From Pseudonocardiales bacterium (lineage in GTDB: Bacteria; Actinomycetota; Actinomycetes; Mycobacteriales; QHCD01), in assembly GCA_003244255.1 (NCBI GenBank), contig QHCD01000067.1:2749-66748 (forward strand): a stretch of 64,000 nucleotides of DNA, written 5' to 3'. A program made the position numbers and the translations under genes. The notes beneath the pieces were generated by a model. The model made no database searches and was not told the origin of the DNA. It saw only the letters and a program-made list of their open reading frames with translations. Position 1 is the stretch's first letter. Each line of letters opens with the position of its first letter. This document shows positions 1-10,289 of this stretch, piece by piece.

Positions 1-1064
1 AGGTCGAGCTGGGCCACCCGCGGCGAGGACAGCGGAAGGTCGAACTTGGCCCGGTAGCGTTCGATCAGGGCGAACTTGGTCGCCCAATCGATCTCGCGGT
101 CGATCAGCGCCAGGTCGCCGGTTTCGACGGCGCGAAGGCAGCGGCCCCACAGGTCGATCACCCGCGCCGTGATCGGCTCGCTGTCGTGCCGGTCGGCGAA
201 GTCGACGGCCTTCTCGTAGTACTCGCGCTGGATCTCCAGCGCGGTCAGCTCCCGCCCGTTGGCCAGCCGCACCCGCTTGCGACCGGTCATGTCGTGGGAG
301 ATCTCCCGGATCGCTCGGATCGGGTTCTCCAGCGACAGGTCGCGCATCACGATGCCGCCCTCGACCATCCGAAGCACGACCTCGGTCGCGCCGACCTTGA
401 GCAGCGTCGTCGGTTCGCTCATGTTGGAGTCACCGACGATCACGTGCAGCCGGCGGAACCGTTCGGCGTCCGCGTGCGGCTCGTCGCGGGTGTTGATGAT
501 CGGCCGTGAGCGGGTGGTCGCGCTGGAGACGCCTTCCCAGATGTGCTCGGCCCGCTGGCTGACGCAGTAGACCGGCCCGCGCGGTGTCTGCAGCACCTTC
601 CCGGCGCCGCAGATCATCTGGCGCGTCACCAGGAACGGGATCAGGACGTCGGCGAGCCGGCCGAAGTCGCCGTGCCGGCTGACCAGGTAGTTCTCATGGC
701 AGCCGTAGGAGTTGCCGGCCGAGTCGGTGTTGTTCTTGAACAGGTAGATCTCGCCGGTGATGCCTTCGTCGCGCAGCCGGTGTTCGGCGTCGACCAGAAG
801 CCCTTCGAGGATCCGTTCACCAGCCTTGTCGTGCACGACCAGGTCGGTGATCCTGTCGCACTCCGGAGTGGCGTATTCGGGGTGCGACCCGACGTCGAGG
901 TAGAGCCGGGCGCCGTTTCGCAGGAACACGTTGCTGCTGCGGCCCCACGACACGACCCGGCGGAACAGGTAGCGGGCCACCTCGTCCGGAGACAGCCGCC
1001 GCTGCCCACGGAACGTGCACGTGACGCCGTATTCGTTCTCCAGGCCGAAGATGCGGCGATCCAC
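1..1064 (-). CDS. pafA: Pup--protein ligase, 3' end outside window
   Basis: Minus strand from GTG at 1064 reads [15 protein letters not shown]; contains [23 protein letters not shown] and [24 protein letters not shown]; follows prcA. Confidence 0.96.
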   Translation of the reverse strand, partial: MDRRIFGLENEYGVTCTFRGQRRLSPDEVARYLFRRVVSWGRSSNVFLRNGARLYLDVGSHPEYATPECDRITDLVVHDKAGERILEGLLVDAEHRLRDEGITGEIYLFKNNTDSAGNSYGCHENYLVSRHGDFGRLADVLIPFLVTRQMICGAGKVLQTPRGPVYCVSQRAEHIWEGVSSATTRSRPIINTRDEPHADAERFRRLHVIVGDSNMSEPTTLLKVGATEVVLRMVEGGIVMRDLSLENPIRAIREISHDMTGRKRVRLANGRELTALEIQREYYEKAVDFADRHDSEPITARVIDLWGRCLRAVETGDLALIDREIDWATKFALIERYRAKFDLPLSSPRVAQLD

Positions 1065-1129
1065 GGTTGCGAGCCTAGACGGCGAGCCGACCGAGGTCGG
1101 GAGCGCCGAACCGCCAGGGAGCAGCCCGG

Positions 1130-1969
1130 TCAGGGCGTCCCGCGATCTGGACGTTCGCTGCTCTCGTCGCCAGAGGTCTGCTCGTCACCCGTGGCCGAGT
1201 CGTCGGTGGCCGCGCCGTCGATGTCCGCATCGCCCGCATCGTCGTCCGCGTCGGCGTCCGCATCGTGGTCAGGGCCCGACGGCTCGGCCAGCAGCTCGTT
1301 CAGCGCCGGGCCGATCAGCCGGTGGAAGGCGCGCGGGGTACGGTCCCGGTCGAGCGTCGCCACCTCGAGGTTCGCGGCACCCAGTTCACGGGGGGTGTCC
1401 CCGGCGGCCGAGAGTGCGCGTACCGCTGCCTGGGTAGCTTCGGCGAGTGACATCGAGTCGTGGTAGGTGTCGCGTACCGTCGACTCGATGGTGTCGGCGT
1501 GGCCGCCCATCGCAACCAGCTGCGGCTCCTCGACGATCGATCCGTCGTAGGTGAGCCGATAGAGCTGGTCACCCGCCGGCGCATCGCCGACCTCCGCGAC
1601 GCAGATCTCCACCTCGTATGGCTTCTGCTGCTCGGTGAAGATCGCCCCCAGCGTCTGCGCGAACGCGTTCGCAACGGCGCGGCCGGAGACGTCACGGCGG
1701 CTGTTGGAGTAACCCCGCAGGTCGGCGTACCGCACGCCGGCGACCCGCAGGTTCTCGTACTCGTTGTAGCGGCCGGCCGCGGCGAATCCGACCCGATCGT
1801 AGATCTCGCCGAGCTTGTGCAGCGTGTTGCTCGGGTTCTCCGCGACGAACAGGATGCCGCCGGGATACTTGAGGACCACGACGCCGCGGCCGCGGGCGAC
1901 GTTCTTGCGCGCGTACTCCGACCGGTCGCGCATGATCTGCTCGGCCGATGCGTAGAACGGCATTGTCAT
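1130..1969 (-). CDS. prcA: 20S proteasome alpha subunit
   Basis: [40 protein letters not shown]; acidic C-terminal tail; downstream of prcB. Confidence 0.97.
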   Translation of the reverse strand: MTMPFYASAEQIMRDRSEYARKNVARGRGVVVLKYPGGILFVAENPSNTLHKLGEIYDRVGFAAAGRYNEYENLRVAGVRYADLRGYSNSRRDVSGRAVANAFAQTLGAIFTEQQKPYEVEICVAEVGDAPAGDQLYRLTYDGSIVEEPQLVAMGGHADTIESTVRDTYHDSMSLAEATQAAVRALSAAGDTPRELGAANLEVATLDRDRTPRAFHRLIGPALNELLAEPSGPDHDADADADDDAGDADIDGAATDDSATGDEQTSGDESSERPDRGTP

Positions 1970-2012
1970 TGCGAGCGCTCCTTTGCGGCAGCTCGGACAT
2001 CGGTGGGCAAGC

Positions 2013-2849
2013 TCAGCCGCCGGGGTTGTCTCGCCGTCCGGCGATAACCCGCTGGGCGACGACGGCGAGGTCGTCGTCGCGCACCATGACGGCACCGTCG
2101 GGGGTCACGACCACCATCGTCGGGTAGAGATCGCGGGTGATGTCCGGGCCGCCGGTAGCCGTGTCGTCGTCGGCGGCGTCGTAGAGCGCCTCCAGCGCGA
2201 CCCGGATCGCGTCGTCGCGCTCCAGGCCGGCCCGCCATCGCTTCTTCAGCGCGTTGCGAGCGAAGATCGAGCCCGAACCGACGCCGTGGAACCAGCGCTC
2301 CTCGTAACTGCCGCCGGTCGGGTCGTAGGTGAAGATCCGGCCCGCGCGCGCCGCATCATCCACATCGAGATCGAGGCCGGCGAAGATCGGGACGACCACG
2401 AGTCCCTGCATCGCCGCGCCGAGGTTGCCGCGCACCATCGTGGAGAGCCGATTCGCCTTGCCCTCCAGGGTGAGCGGCGTGCCCTCGATCTTCTCGTAGT
2501 GCTCCAGCTCGACCTGGAAGAGCTTCGTCATCTCGTGCGCAATGCCCGCCGTGCCGGCGATACCGATTGCGCTGTAGGAGTCGGCAACGGCGACCTTCTC
2601 GGCATCGCGCTGGGCGATCACGTTGCCTGCCGTTGCGCGGCGGTCGCCAGCCATCAGCACACCGCGGTCGAACGTAAGGGCGATGATCGTGGTGCCGTGC
2701 GGCGCCAGTTCGCTGGCGATGCCCGGCGGCAGCGGCCGGCGACCTGGCAGCAGGTCGGGGGCCGCCGCACCCAGGAAGTCGATGAACGACGACGAGCCCG
2801 GCGTGGTGAAGTGGGCCGGCAGGCGGCCCGGCCCGCGATGGTCGGCCAC
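2013..2849 (-). CDS. prcB: 20S proteasome beta subunit (Thr protease with propeptide)
   Basis: Propeptide cleavage site APHG|TTI, DRRATAG, GSGS, DDTATGG. Confidence 0.97.
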   Translation of the reverse strand: MADHRGPGRLPAHFTTPGSSSFIDFLGAAAPDLLPGRRPLPPGIASELAPHGTTIIALTFDRGVLMAGDRRATAGNVIAQRDAEKVAVADSYSAIGIAGTAGIAHEMTKLFQVELEHYEKIEGTPLTLEGKANRLSTMVRGNLGAAMQGLVVVPIFAGLDLDVDDAARAGRIFTYDPTGGSYEERWFHGVGSGSIFARNALKKRWRAGLERDDAIRVALEALYDAADDDTATGGPDITRDLYPTMVVVTPDGAVMVRDDDLAVVAQRVIAGRRDNPGG

Positions 2850-2911
2850 GTAACTCCTCGCTGCGACTCTGTGCGTCGACGACGACGTCGGTCATCTGAC
2901 GTCGCCTGCCG

Positions 2912-2917
2912 ACCCTA
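2912..2917 (-). promoter_or_regulatory. Candidate -10 hexamer (TAGGGT) for a prcBA promoter
   Basis: TANNNT hexamer about 60 nt upstream of prcB, in the gap between prcB and the divergent ERCC4 gene. Confidence 0.35.
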
Positions 2918-3009
2918 TCTCGTCAGACGCGGCGGGCCGTCCGCGTGCAGCACGCATTTGCGGTAACCACCGGCCGGTCTACGGTCGTGATTCATGCGAC
3001 GAGCAGAGG

Positions 3010-4080
3010 ATGGCATCGACCGCGCCACCGTCGCCCGCGGCAGGCCCGATGAGCGTGAGCGCGAAGGACCCCGACGGTCCCCGCGGCGGGCCCGAGCTGC
3101 TGATCGCCCGCAACCCGGACCCGGATTCCCGGCTGCCGTACCTGCTGCGGATCCCGCTGGGCGCCGGGCTGGTGTTCCGCACCTCGGGCATGTGGCCACG
3201 CACCAAGGCGCTGTACTGCTACCCGGTCGACGACGCCGAGTGGCCGGTCGCCCCGGACATTCTCCAACGGGTTGGGGTGCGCTCCTGCGCCCGCCGCGGG
3301 GGCGCGATCGACATCGTCTTAGATCGTGGACGGGAGAACCGCTCGCAGCTGGTCTTCACCACCGCCCGCGGCCGCGAAGCGGTGTTCTGGCAGTCAGCGC
3401 GCACCCGCAAACAGGCCCGTCCTAACGTCGCCTTGCCGACCGCCCGGGCGGCGGGCATCGCTGAGCTGGAGATCATCGTCGACTCGCACGAACGCTACGC
3501 ATACCACTTCGCCGGGCAGCAGGTGCGCACCACGCAGCGGGCTCTGCCGTGCGGTGATTACGGCCTGAGCGTGGACAGTCGGCTGGTCGCTGTCGTGGAA
3601 CGCAAGTCGCTGCCCGACCTGGTCTCCAGCCTGGTCAACGGCACGTTGCGCTATGCCCTCGGCGAGCTGGCCGCGTTGCCCCGCGCCGCGGTCGTCGTCG
3701 AAGAACGCTACTCCCAGCTGTTCAAGCTCGACCGCATCCGTCCCGCACTCGTCGCCGACGGCCTGGCCGAGCTGCAGGTGCGCTGGCCGGGCGTGCCGAT
3801 CGTATTCTGCGAGGCGCGCCAACTGGCCGAGGAGTGGACCTACCGATATCTCGCCGCCGCCCGGGCCTGGGCCGACGCCGAGAAACCCGCCGTCGACCGC
3901 ATCGGCATGACACCCAGCGAACTCGGGACAGCGACCGCACCGGACGCCCCGGGCCCCAGCACCGGCGAGGTCCGCTCCTGGGCGCGTGCAGCCGGTCATC
4001 CGGTTTCCGACCGCGGCCGGCTCCGGCCGGAGATCTGGCAAGCCTGGCGCGACGCACAGTCCCAGCAGGCGCCCCCGTAA
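3010..4080 (+). CDS. ERCC4 (XPF/Mus81-type) nuclease fused to a C-terminal Lsr2-like DNA-binding domain
   Basis: IIVDSHE...GDY...VERKSLPDL is the ERCC4 motif; EVRSWARAAGHPVSDRGRL is the Lsr2 C-terminal signature. Confidence 0.85.
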   Translation: MASTAPPSPAAGPMSVSAKDPDGPRGGPELLIARNPDPDSRLPYLLRIPLGAGLVFRTSGMWPRTKALYCYPVDDAEWPVAPDILQRVGVRSCARRGGAIDIVLDRGRENRSQLVFTTARGREAVFWQSARTRKQARPNVALPTARAAGIAELEIIVDSHERYAYHFAGQQVRTTQRALPCGDYGLSVDSRLVAVVERKSLPDLVSSLVNGTLRYALGELAALPRAAVVVEERYSQLFKLDRIRPALVADGLAELQVRWPGVPIVFCEARQLAEEWTYRYLAAARAWADAEKPAVDRIGMTPSELGTATAPDAPGPSTGEVRSWARAAGHPVSDRGRLRPEIWQAWRDAQSQQAPP

Positions 4081-4092
4081 GGACGCTGCGGT

Positions 4093-4305
4093 CTACTCGC
4101 CGCCCTTCTGGACATAGGCCCGGACGAACTCCTCCGCGTTCTCCTCGAGCACCTCGTCGATCTCATCGAGCATCGCGTCGACGTCCTCGGTGAGCTTCTC
4201 CTGGCGCTCGGCAACCGACGAGGACGCCGCGGCGTCGTCGACCGCCTCATCGGCCCGGTTGTTCTGGCGCTGCGCCCGGTTCTGGCCGCTGTCGTGGGTA
4301 GGCAT
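4093..4305 (-). CDS. pup: Prokaryotic ubiquitin-like protein Pup (C-terminal GGE)
   Basis: LDEIDEVLEENAEEFVRAYVQKGGE; follows dop. Confidence 0.98.
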   Translation of the reverse strand: MPTHDSGQNRAQRQNNRADEAVDDAAASSSVAERQEKLTEDVDAMLDEIDEVLEENAEEFVRAYVQKGGE

Positions 4306-4437
4306 GCCGCCTTCCTCCCTGGTTCGCGTCGCACCACTAAGCCTAACCCGGCGCGGTCCGCGATGCCGGTCATCGCGCGCGTGGCCGTTGCCGCGGCCGG
4401 TCGTGCTCGGCCTGGTCGACGTTGTTCGGCCTATGGG

Positions 4438-5946
4438 TCAACGCCGGCCGAGCGCCGCGACCAGGTCGGCCGCGCTCGCAGACCGGTCGAGCAGCGCGCC
4501 GACATGAGCCTTGGTGCCTTTCAGCGGGTCGAGGGTCGGCACCCGCGCCAACGCCTCCTGGCCCACGTCGAAGATCACCGAGTCCCACGACGCCGCAGCA
4601 ACCTGGGTGCCGTAGCGGCGGACGCACTCACCCCGGAAGAACGCGCGCGTGTCACTCGGCGGCGCGGCGACCGCCGCATCGATCTCGACGTCGTCGAGCA
4701 GCCGCGCCATCGACCCGCGGCCGATCAGGCGGTGGTAGAGCCCCTTCTCCGGCCGCACGTCGGAATACTGCAGGTCGACCAGCTGCAGCCGTGCGGCGTC
4801 CCAGCCCAGCTTGTCGCGCTCACGGAAACCCTCGAGCAGTCGCAGTTTCGCGACCCAGTCAAGCTCGCCGGCGCACTGCATCGGGTCCTGTTCGAGCCGG
4901 ACCAGCACCGATTCCCACCGTGCCAGCACGTCGCGGGTCTCATCGTCGGCGTCCGCGCCGTAGCGGTCCTCGACGAACTTGCGGGCCTGCTCGAGATACT
5001 CCATCTGCAACTGTACGGCGGTGATCCGCCGTCCGTCGGCCAGGCTGAGGCGATGCTGCAGGGTGGGATCGTGGGAGACGTCGTGCATCGCAGTCACCGG
5101 CGTGTCAACGCGCAGGTCGACCGTGAGGAACTTGTCCTCGATCATCGAGAGGACCAGTGCGGTGGTGCCCATCTTCAGATAGGTCGCGATCTCCGACAGG
5201 TTCGCATCGCCGATGATGACGTGCAGCCGGCGATAGGTCTCGGGGTCCGCGTGCGGCTCATCGCGGGTGTTGATGATGGGCCGCTTCAGCGTGGTCTCCA
5301 GCCCGACCTCGACCTCGAAGAAGTCGGCCCGCTGGGAGATTTGGAACCCGCTGCCCATGCCGTCCTGGCCGGTGCCGACCCGGCCCTGTCCGCACATCAC
5401 CTGGCGCGAGACGAAGAACGGCGTCAGGTGCCGGACGATGTCGGCGAACGGCGTCGAGCGGCGCATCAGGAAGTTCTCGTGGCTGCCGTAGGACGCACCC
5501 TTGTTGTCGGTGTTGTTCTTGTACAGGTGGATCCGCGCAGCGTTCGGGATGAGCGCCGCCCTACGCGCGGCCTCGGCCATGATCCGCTCGCCGGCCTTGT
5601 CCCACAGCACGGCATCGCGCGGACCGGTGACCTCCGGAGTGGAGTACTCGGGGTGTGCGTGGTCGACGTAGAGTCGCGCGCCGTTGGTGAGGATCACGTT
5701 GGCCAAACCGGCGTCGTCCTCGGACTCCGGCGGGTGCGGACCGACCATCGCGGACAGGTCGAACCCGCGCGCATCGCGCAGCGGTGACTCCTCTTCGAAG
5801 TCCCACCGCGGCCGCCCGGCGCGGGTATCGGCGCGGCCGTAGGCGTTGACGATCTGCGATGACAGCAGCATCGCATTGGCGGTCGGCTGCCCGGGCACGG
5901 CGATGCCGTACTCCACCTCGGTGCCCATGATCCGCCGCACGCTCAC
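4438..5946 (-). CDS. dop: Pup deamidase/depupylase
   Basis: [40 protein letters not shown]. Confidence 0.97.
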   Translation of the reverse strand: MSVRRIMGTEVEYGIAVPGQPTANAMLLSSQIVNAYGRADTRAGRPRWDFEEESPLRDARGFDLSAMVGPHPPESEDDAGLANVILTNGARLYVDHAHPEYSTPEVTGPRDAVLWDKAGERIMAEAARRAALIPNAARIHLYKNNTDNKGASYGSHENFLMRRSTPFADIVRHLTPFFVSRQVMCGQGRVGTGQDGMGSGFQISQRADFFEVEVGLETTLKRPIINTRDEPHADPETYRRLHVIIGDANLSEIATYLKMGTTALVLSMIEDKFLTVDLRVDTPVTAMHDVSHDPTLQHRLSLADGRRITAVQLQMEYLEQARKFVEDRYGADADDETRDVLARWESVLVRLEQDPMQCAGELDWVAKLRLLEGFRERDKLGWDAARLQLVDLQYSDVRPEKGLYHRLIGRGSMARLLDDVEIDAAVAAPPSDTRAFFRGECVRRYGTQVAAASWDSVIFDVGQEALARVPTLDPLKGTKAHVGALLDRSASAADLVAALGRR

Positions 5947-5979
5947 CCGACGAGCGTATGCGACGCCGCCCCGCCGAGG

Positions 5980-6639
5980 TCAGCGCGGCGCCGCGAGCAA
6001 CGATTCCAGCCAGCCGGCGACGACCCGCGCCAGTTGCGGCAGCACCGGCTCGGCCCGGCTGCCGACGGCCAGCCCATGGTTCGCTCCCGGCATCCGGTGT
6101 ACCCGGATCGACGCCGGCAGCCCGACGGCGGCGAGCTCGTCGGGGGTGCCCATCGTGTCCCGGTCCCCCTGCAGGACGAGGACCGGAACCTCCATCGCGA
6201 GCAGCTCGTCCGCGCGACTGCGGTCTGGACGACCGGGCGGGTGCAGCGGAAAGGCAAGCGCCAGCACGCCACAGGCGGCAAGCCCGGATGCGCCACGGCA
6301 CGCTACCCGGGCACCGCTGGATCGACCACCTACGACGACGGGGAGCCGCGACCAGGACCGCCGTGACCGCAGGGCGCGGACGACGTCGGCGAAGGCGGCG
6401 TCGAGCGACACCGCAGGCGCCGGCGCCCGGCGGCCGGCGAGCCGGTAGGGCTGGGTCACCCGCGCGACAGCGATCCGGCTCCCGACGGCGGCGTCGCGCG
6501 CGGCGATGAGATCAGCCGCGTCGATGCCACCGCCCGCGCCGTGTCCGAGCACCAGCAGCGCGCGTGGGCGCGGTGGCGCATCCACGGTTACGTGGGCCGT
6601 GCCCACCGATGTCTCGATCGCCTCGGCGCGTCTGGGCAC
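5980..6639 (-). CDS. Alpha/beta hydrolase (KANL3/Tex30-like)
   Basis: GHGAGGG, GGRSSGARV nucleophile loop, AFPLHPPG, QGDRD, ANHG. Confidence 0.85.
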   Translation of the reverse strand: MPRRAEAIETSVGTAHVTVDAPPRPRALLVLGHGAGGGIDAADLIAARDAAVGSRIAVARVTQPYRLAGRRAPAPAVSLDAAFADVVRALRSRRSWSRLPVVVGGRSSGARVACRGASGLAACGVLALAFPLHPPGRPDRSRADELLAMEVPVLVLQGDRDTMGTPDELAAVGLPASIRVHRMPGANHGLAVGSRAEPVLPQLARVVAGWLESLLAAPR

Positions 6640-6721
6640 CGGCAGATTCTCTCAGCCGGACGTGGGAACGTTTCGCCGCCGCCGCGCCCCTTCCACACAT
6701 GCACACCCGAGAGGAGCAACC

Positions 6722-7660
6722 GTGACCGTCGCCTGCACCCCCACCGGCGCGATCGGCTGGGACGACAGACAGCCCACCTATCCCGCCTTGCCATCGGTCG
6801 ACGGGGTACGACACCGTTGGGTCGACACTCCCCGCCTGCGAATCCACGTCGCCGAGGCCGGCGCCGGCGAGCCGCTGGTACTGCTGCACGGCTGGCCCCA
6901 GCACTGGTACGCGTGGCGGTCGCTGATCCCGCTGCTCGCGGGGGACTTCCGGGTCATCTGCCCGGACCTGCGCGGCTTCGGCTGGACCGACGTCCCGCGG
7001 ACCGGATACGCCACCGCCGACTTCGTCGCCGACGTCGAGGGGCTGCTCGACGCGCTCGACGTCAGGCGCGTATTCCTCGCCGGCCACGACGTCGGGGCAC
7101 GCGTCGGTTTCGGCATCTGCCTCTCGAATCCCGCGCGGGTGCGCCGTTTCGTCGCCCTGGGCGGGCTGCACCCGTACTGGCAGCCTCGCCTGCTCGCCCC
7201 CCAGGCCTGGCGCTACTGGTGGACGCCGCTCGTCGAGACCCCTCTCCTCGGTCGCTGGGTCGTCGCGCACCTGCCCGGCTACGTCCGGATGCTGCTACGG
7301 CGCGGGCTGGCCGATTCGAACGCAGTCACCGGAGCAGACATCGACACTTTCGTCACGTCCCTGCGCGCACCGGCCCGGGCTCGGGCCAGCGAGGCCCTCA
7401 TGCGCACCTTTGCCTACCGCGAGATCGTCCCGACCCTGCTCGGCCGCTACCGTGCCCACCGCCTGACGGTGCCGACCTTGATGCTGAACGGGACCCGCGA
7501 CTTCGCTCTCTCGCCGAGGTCGCTGGGCGGCTATCAGGACTACGCCGATGACCTGCGGCTCGAACTGCTCCCGGGCACTGGCCATCACCTCGCCGAGGAG
7601 TGCCCCGCCACGGTCGCCCGATGGATGCGCGAGTTCTTCGCTGACGACGTCGGCCGCTGA
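6722..7660 (+). CDS. Alpha/beta hydrolase, epoxide hydrolase-like
   Basis: HGWPQHW, PDLRGFG, GHDVG, GHH; GGAG RBS before GTG 6722. Confidence 0.88.
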   Translation: MTVACTPTGAIGWDDRQPTYPALPSVDGVRHRWVDTPRLRIHVAEAGAGEPLVLLHGWPQHWYAWRSLIPLLAGDFRVICPDLRGFGWTDVPRTGYATADFVADVEGLLDALDVRRVFLAGHDVGARVGFGICLSNPARVRRFVALGGLHPYWQPRLLAPQAWRYWWTPLVETPLLGRWVVAHLPGYVRMLLRRGLADSNAVTGADIDTFVTSLRAPARARASEALMRTFAYREIVPTLLGRYRAHRLTVPTLMLNGTRDFALSPRSLGGYQDYADDLRLELLPGTGHHLAEECPATVARWMREFFADDVGR

Positions 7661-7731
7661 TCACGGGACACGATGGTGTCATCATCGGCGCGCTCCCAGA
7701 ATGTCGTCGAGCAGCACGTCGTCGAGGAGAG

Positions 7732-8256
7732 ATGACGCCGATGCCAGTCCCGGAGGCCCGCCGAGAGCCGGTCGCCGATCTGGTGCGCCGCGCGCAGGGT
7801 GGGGACACGATGGCGATGGCGCGGCTGATCGACGTGCTGGCGCCGTACGTCGGCAGCCTCTGCGGGCCCATCGCCCTGCAGGACGGCCCCGACGCCGCGC
7901 AGGAGGCCCTGACCACCGTCTTCCGCGACCTGCGCGCGCTGCGCGACCCGGACGCCCTCTACGGCTGGGTTCGCATGATCACGGTGCGCGAGGCCGTGCG
8001 TATCGCCCGACGCTCGCGCCGGTCGACACCGGCCGAGCTCGACGACGTGCCGGCGCGGGGAGATCCGCAGCTCGCGACCGACGTGCGCGATGTGCTCGAC
8101 CGGCTGTCCCCCGACCATCGCGCCGTGCTGGTGCTCCGCGACCTCGAATCCCTCGATGAGAAGACCGTCGGCGCGCTGCTCGACATCTCGACGGGAACCG
8201 TCAAGTCGCGGCTGCACCGCGCCCGGCACAGCTTCCGGAAGGCGTGGAACCGATGA
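7732..8256 (+). CDS. ECF sigma-70 factor
   Basis: Region 2 DAAQEA...WV; region 4 LSPDHRAVLVLRDL...GTVKSRLHRAR. Confidence 0.9.
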   Translation: MTPMPVPEARREPVADLVRRAQGGDTMAMARLIDVLAPYVGSLCGPIALQDGPDAAQEALTTVFRDLRALRDPDALYGWVRMITVREAVRIARRSRRSTPAELDDVPARGDPQLATDVRDVLDRLSPDHRAVLVLRDLESLDEKTVGALLDISTGTVKSRLHRARHSFRKAWNR

Positions 8257-8729
8257 CACAGAGCTGGCCGGTGGCCGACCTCGACCCGATCCGGCGGCTG
8301 CGCGTCATGGCCGCGTCCATCCGCGGCGCGGGCGTCGCCGAGCGGGTGGTCCCGGCAACCGTCGATCAGGTGTGGGCGGTCGCCAGCGACCTGGAGAACG
8401 AGCTCCCCCATCTCGTCCGCGACTTCCGATCCGTGCGGGTCAGCGGCAGGGACGGCGATCGGCTGACCATGCATGCGCGCGGGCTGCTCGGGCAGCGCGC
8501 CCGCTTCGACGTCGTCCTGGAACCGGGCTGGTGCTGGTGCCAGAGCCGGTTCCTGCTCTGCGGGATGGCCGCGGCGCCGCACCCGGACGGCACCACGTTC
8601 GGATTCCTCGGTGGCGTCCGGTTGCCGGTCGCGGGCGTTCTCGCGCCGCTACTGAGCACAGCCGGTCGACCGCTGATCGCCGGCGTCCTCGATCGGCTGG
8701 AGCAGCGGGTCGAGCTGCGGCAGCTCTGA
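8253..8729 (+). CDS. SRPBCC/START-like hypothetical protein, coupled to the ECF sigma gene
   Basis: ATGA overlap with the sigma stop; V.ERVVPATVDQVWAVASDLE pattern. Confidence 0.6.
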   Translation: MTQSWPVADLDPIRRLRVMAASIRGAGVAERVVPATVDQVWAVASDLENELPHLVRDFRSVRVSGRDGDRLTMHARGLLGQRARFDVVLEPGWCWCQSRFLLCGMAAAPHPDGTTFGFLGGVRLPVAGVLAPLLSTAGRPLIAGVLDRLEQRVELRQL

Positions 8730-8784
8730 TCGATTGGGCAGCCGGGCGGGCCGCGGAGTCCGGCGGCGAACGCCAGGACGCCGC

Positions 8785-9372
8785 TCATCGCCGGCCGGCT
8801 CTCGCGGTCGTCGTGTCCCAGGCGCGGAAGGCCGCATCCAACGCGGCGACCAGCCGATCGAAGCTGCGGTCGACACTGCGCGGGAGGCCGAAGCCGCCGC
8901 CCAGCTCGAGCGACACGAACCCGTGCAGGGCGCTGCGCAGGGTGCGCGCCGCGTCGATCGCGACGTCGCCGCGAATGCCGTACTCGCCGAGCACGCGCAG
9001 GATCGGCTCGAGTGCGGCCTCGCTGGCCGCGAGGCTGTCGACGTCGTCGGGATCGGGCGCGGACACGAGTGCGGGATACCGCCCGGGATGCTCGTGCGCG
9101 TACCGGCGGTAGGTTCTCGCCAGCGCCCGCAATGCCCGCTGCGGTGGGCCTTTCGTGGCCACGGCAAGCTCGGCTGCGAGCTCGCGGGCAACCTGGGCCG
9201 TCAGCATGCGACGCAACCCGGGCAGGCCGTCGACGTGCTTGTAGAGGCTGGGCAGGGCGACGCCGAATCGCTTGGCGACCGCCGCGAGCGTGAGGTTGGC
9301 GTAACCGACCTCGTCGGCGACGTCCGCAGCGGCGACGACGACGGCGTGCGGACTCAGGCCCGCCCTAGGCAC
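8785..9372 (-). CDS. TetR-family regulator (WHG-type C-terminus)
   Basis: HTH LTLAAVAKRFGVALPSLYKHV; SALHGFVSLE. Confidence 0.92.
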   Translation of the reverse strand: MPRAGLSPHAVVVAAADVADEVGYANLTLAAVAKRFGVALPSLYKHVDGLPGLRRMLTAQVARELAAELAVATKGPPQRALRALARTYRRYAHEHPGRYPALVSAPDPDDVDSLAASEAALEPILRVLGEYGIRGDVAIDAARTLRSALHGFVSLELGGGFGLPRSVDRSFDRLVAALDAAFRAWDTTTARAGRR

Positions 9373-10174
9373 GGTCGCCCCTGCGCAGGTAGGCGATCGT
9401 GACTCGCGCGACCTCGTCGGGCTGCTCCACCTGCGGGTAGTGTCCGGCCCCGGCGACCAGGTGAGTCTCGCCGCGGATCTGCTCGGCGCCCCAGACGGCC
9501 TCGGCAGCAGGGTCGGCGAAATCGGGATCCTTGGTGCCCATCACGACGACGCCGCCACAGCCGACGCGGGCGAGTCGCTCGCACACCGGCTGGTGCGATG
9601 TGCGCGTCGTCGCCACGAATGCCTTCCAGTGCGCGGGCCGCGACAGCGACGCGTTGGCGGCAGCACGCCGCTCGGGCAGATCGGCGGGTGGATTGTCCTT
9701 GAACAGCGACGCGTAGTACCTGCCCCACGCCGCTCTCCCCCACGGCCGCAACAGCAGCGCGCGCAGCATCAGCTTCGTCCACATGCTCGTCGGTGGTTCC
9801 CGCAGGAACGCGCCGAGCAGCACCAGGCCGCTCACCCGGCCCGGATGCTCCGCCGCTGTGTAGGCGGCCGCCGCCCCGCCCATCGAGTTGCCGACGATCG
9901 TCGCTGGCCCGCCGAGCTCGTCGATCAGCGCGACCACGTCGCCCGACGATGCGGCATTGTCATACCCGTCGAAGCTCGCGTCGCTCTCGCCGTGCCCGCG
10001 CAGGTCCATCGCGGCGACGCGGTATCCGGCGTCGACCAGCCGGGGCGCGAGGAGGCGATAGCTCGATCGCAGGTCGCCCATGCCGGGCACGCACACGACC
10101 AGTGGCCCGCAGCCGCTGACGTCGTAGGCGATCCGACCGCCTGGGCGGCTGAGATAATGCGTTGTCGCCGGCAT
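9365..10174 (-). CDS. Alpha/beta fold hydrolase
   Basis: DLRGHGES, GNSMG, GHYP; overlaps the TetR start. Confidence 0.88.
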   Translation of the reverse strand: MPATTHYLSRPGGRIAYDVSGCGPLVVCVPGMGDLRSSYRLLAPRLVDAGYRVAAMDLRGHGESDASFDGYDNAASSGDVVALIDELGGPATIVGNSMGGAAAAYTAAEHPGRVSGLVLLGAFLREPPTSMWTKLMLRALLLRPWGRAAWGRYYASLFKDNPPADLPERRAAANASLSRPAHWKAFVATTRTSHQPVCERLARVGCGGVVVMGTKDPDFADPAAEAVWGAEQIRGETHLVAGAGHYPQVEQPDEVARVTIAYLRRGDRA

Positions 10175-10182
10175 AAAGCTAA

Positions 10183-10199
10183 GGCTAATAGCGTTAGCC
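10183..10199. promoter_or_regulatory. Probable TetR operator GGCTAA-N5-TTAGCC
   Basis: Perfect 6-bp inverted repeat in an AT-rich patch 8 nt upstream of the hydrolase-TetR operon start. Confidence 0.6.
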
Positions 10200-10289
10200 A
10201 TGGGATGCAAGCACCGTGACCTCGCGGCAGCAAGAGCCGGACATCGGCGGCATGATGTGTGCCGGCCATCGTCGACTCGGAGGACCCAC

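Noticed and set aside
1072-1092. PafBC motif upstream of pafA
   Set aside because: GGTCGG is only 9 nt from the -10 and mismatched at position 1
2850-3009. LexA box or PafBC motif upstream of the ERCC4-Lsr2 gene
   Set aside because: No TCGAAC-N4-GTTCGA and no TGTCGG-N10-TA match found
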